Below are positions 26,067 through 26,737 of a stretch of DNA of 26,737 nt, in pieces. A model generated the notes under the pieces. The model was not told the DNA's origin. It did no database searches and saw only the letters and a list, made by a program, of their open reading frames with translations. Position 1 is the first letter of the stretch. Each line of letters begins with the position of its first letter. The stretch spans positions 1-26,737 of the forward strand of contig JAPPFU010000083.1 of assembly GCA_028875085.1 (NCBI GenBank), written 5' to 3'. Made by a program: the position numbers and the translations under genes. The stretch is from Chloroflexota bacterium. Its GTDB lineage: Bacteria; Chloroflexota; Dehalococcoidia; Lucifugimonadales; Australimonadaceae.

Positions 26067-26474
26067 CTACGCCGGCTCGTCGACGATGGCGACCGGCTCC
26101 TCCGCCACCTGCTCGTCGGCGATGGTGAAGGCGCGGATGTCCGGGCGCGCGGGGTCTTGGAGCGACACCAGCACGTACCGCGCCTCCGGCCACGTGGCGA
26201 GGCGCACGTCCGTGGCCGACGGGTACGCGGGGCTGTGGGTGTGCGAGTGGTAGATGACGCGCAGCTCCCATCCGCTGTCCTCTATCTCGTGATAGGCGGC
26301 CAGCAGCTCCTTGCCGTCCATGCTGTAGCGGTAGGGGCTGCGCTCCATGTTCGTCATGCGGTAGTGCTTGACGAACCGCTCGCCCTGCGCCGCCAGGATG
26401 CCGCAGCACTCGTTCGGGCTCTCCTCGAGCGCGTGTTGGATGATGGCGTCCGCGTAGCGGCGGGGCAGCTCCAA
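26067..26474 (-). CDS. JAMM/MPN+ (M67) metallopeptidase, Mec/CysO-cysteine peptidase-like
   Basis: PNECCGIL, SPYRYSMD and the JAMM motif IYHSHTHSPAYPSATD. TTG start after AGGAGAAGGA. Confidence 0.88.
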   Translation of the reverse strand: MELPRRYADAIIQHALEESPNECCGILAAQGERFVKHYRMTNMERSPYRYSMDGKELLAAYHEIEDSGWELRVIYHSHTHSPAYPSATDVRLATWPEARYVLVSLQDPARPDIRAFTIADEQVAEEPVAIVDEPA

Positions 26475-26593
26475 CGCGTTCCTTCTCCTATGGGCAGGGT
26501 TGATGCGTCGCCTAGTCTAGCCCAGCCGCCGCCCGCCCTTACCGTAAGGGGCAGGTGCGGAGGCAAGCGGCTGCGAGTCCGCCTGTTCGCCTC

Positions 26594-26621
26594 TTGAACG
26601 GGCGCTTGCCCCTTCTATAAT
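26594..26621 (+). promoter_or_regulatory. Sigma70-like promoter pointing out of the window
   Basis: TTGAAC (26594-26599), 16-nt spacer, TATAAT (26616-26621). Confidence 0.55.
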
Positions 26622-26737
26622 AGGCGGCAGGCCCTGTCGGCTGACCGATGCTCCCGCCCGCTGCGGCTTACGCGCGGATACACGCCGCTGCTTGCGCCTT
26701 GGTGAATGGTGGTAAGTTGCGGGGGGATTTGTTGACA

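Noticed and set aside
26536-26550. Short palindrome CCCTTAC-C-GTAAGGG as a further REP
   Set aside because: Only a 7-bp stem, GTAA rather than GTAG, and no second copy in the window.

Overview
High-GC bacterial chromosomal segment, mostly housekeeping. Chloroflexota/Dehalococcoidia-like origin is my inference from gene order and LeuB/IlvC sequence style, not a database result. Left to right: partial DUF1385 gene, OsmC, EamA, AlaX, MmgE/PrpD, a SepIVA-like gene with coaD and rsmD, greA-lysS-serS, an M16 peptidase, DUF3224, a DRTGG protein, a frameshifted SulP, speD-speE, TauE/SafE, the branched-chain amino acid operon (ilvB-ilvN-ilvC-leuA ... leuC-leuD-leuB, minus strand) under a complete Leu(CUC) T-box, and a JAMM/Mec peptidase. 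The anomaly is a ~1.5 kb module between leuA and leuC (about 19268-20767). It encodes a 380-aa protein that looks like two tandem, circularly permuted GIY-YIG domains (first degenerate, second intact) joined by a charged helical linker. It also has a perfect TTGACA-17-TATAAT promoter, a ~128-nt three-way-junction structure whose G.U pairs favour the opposite strand, GTAG-type REP sequences at both ends and a 9-bp direct repeat at its apparent borders. All family assignments come from motif recognition by eye; no searches or folding programs were run.
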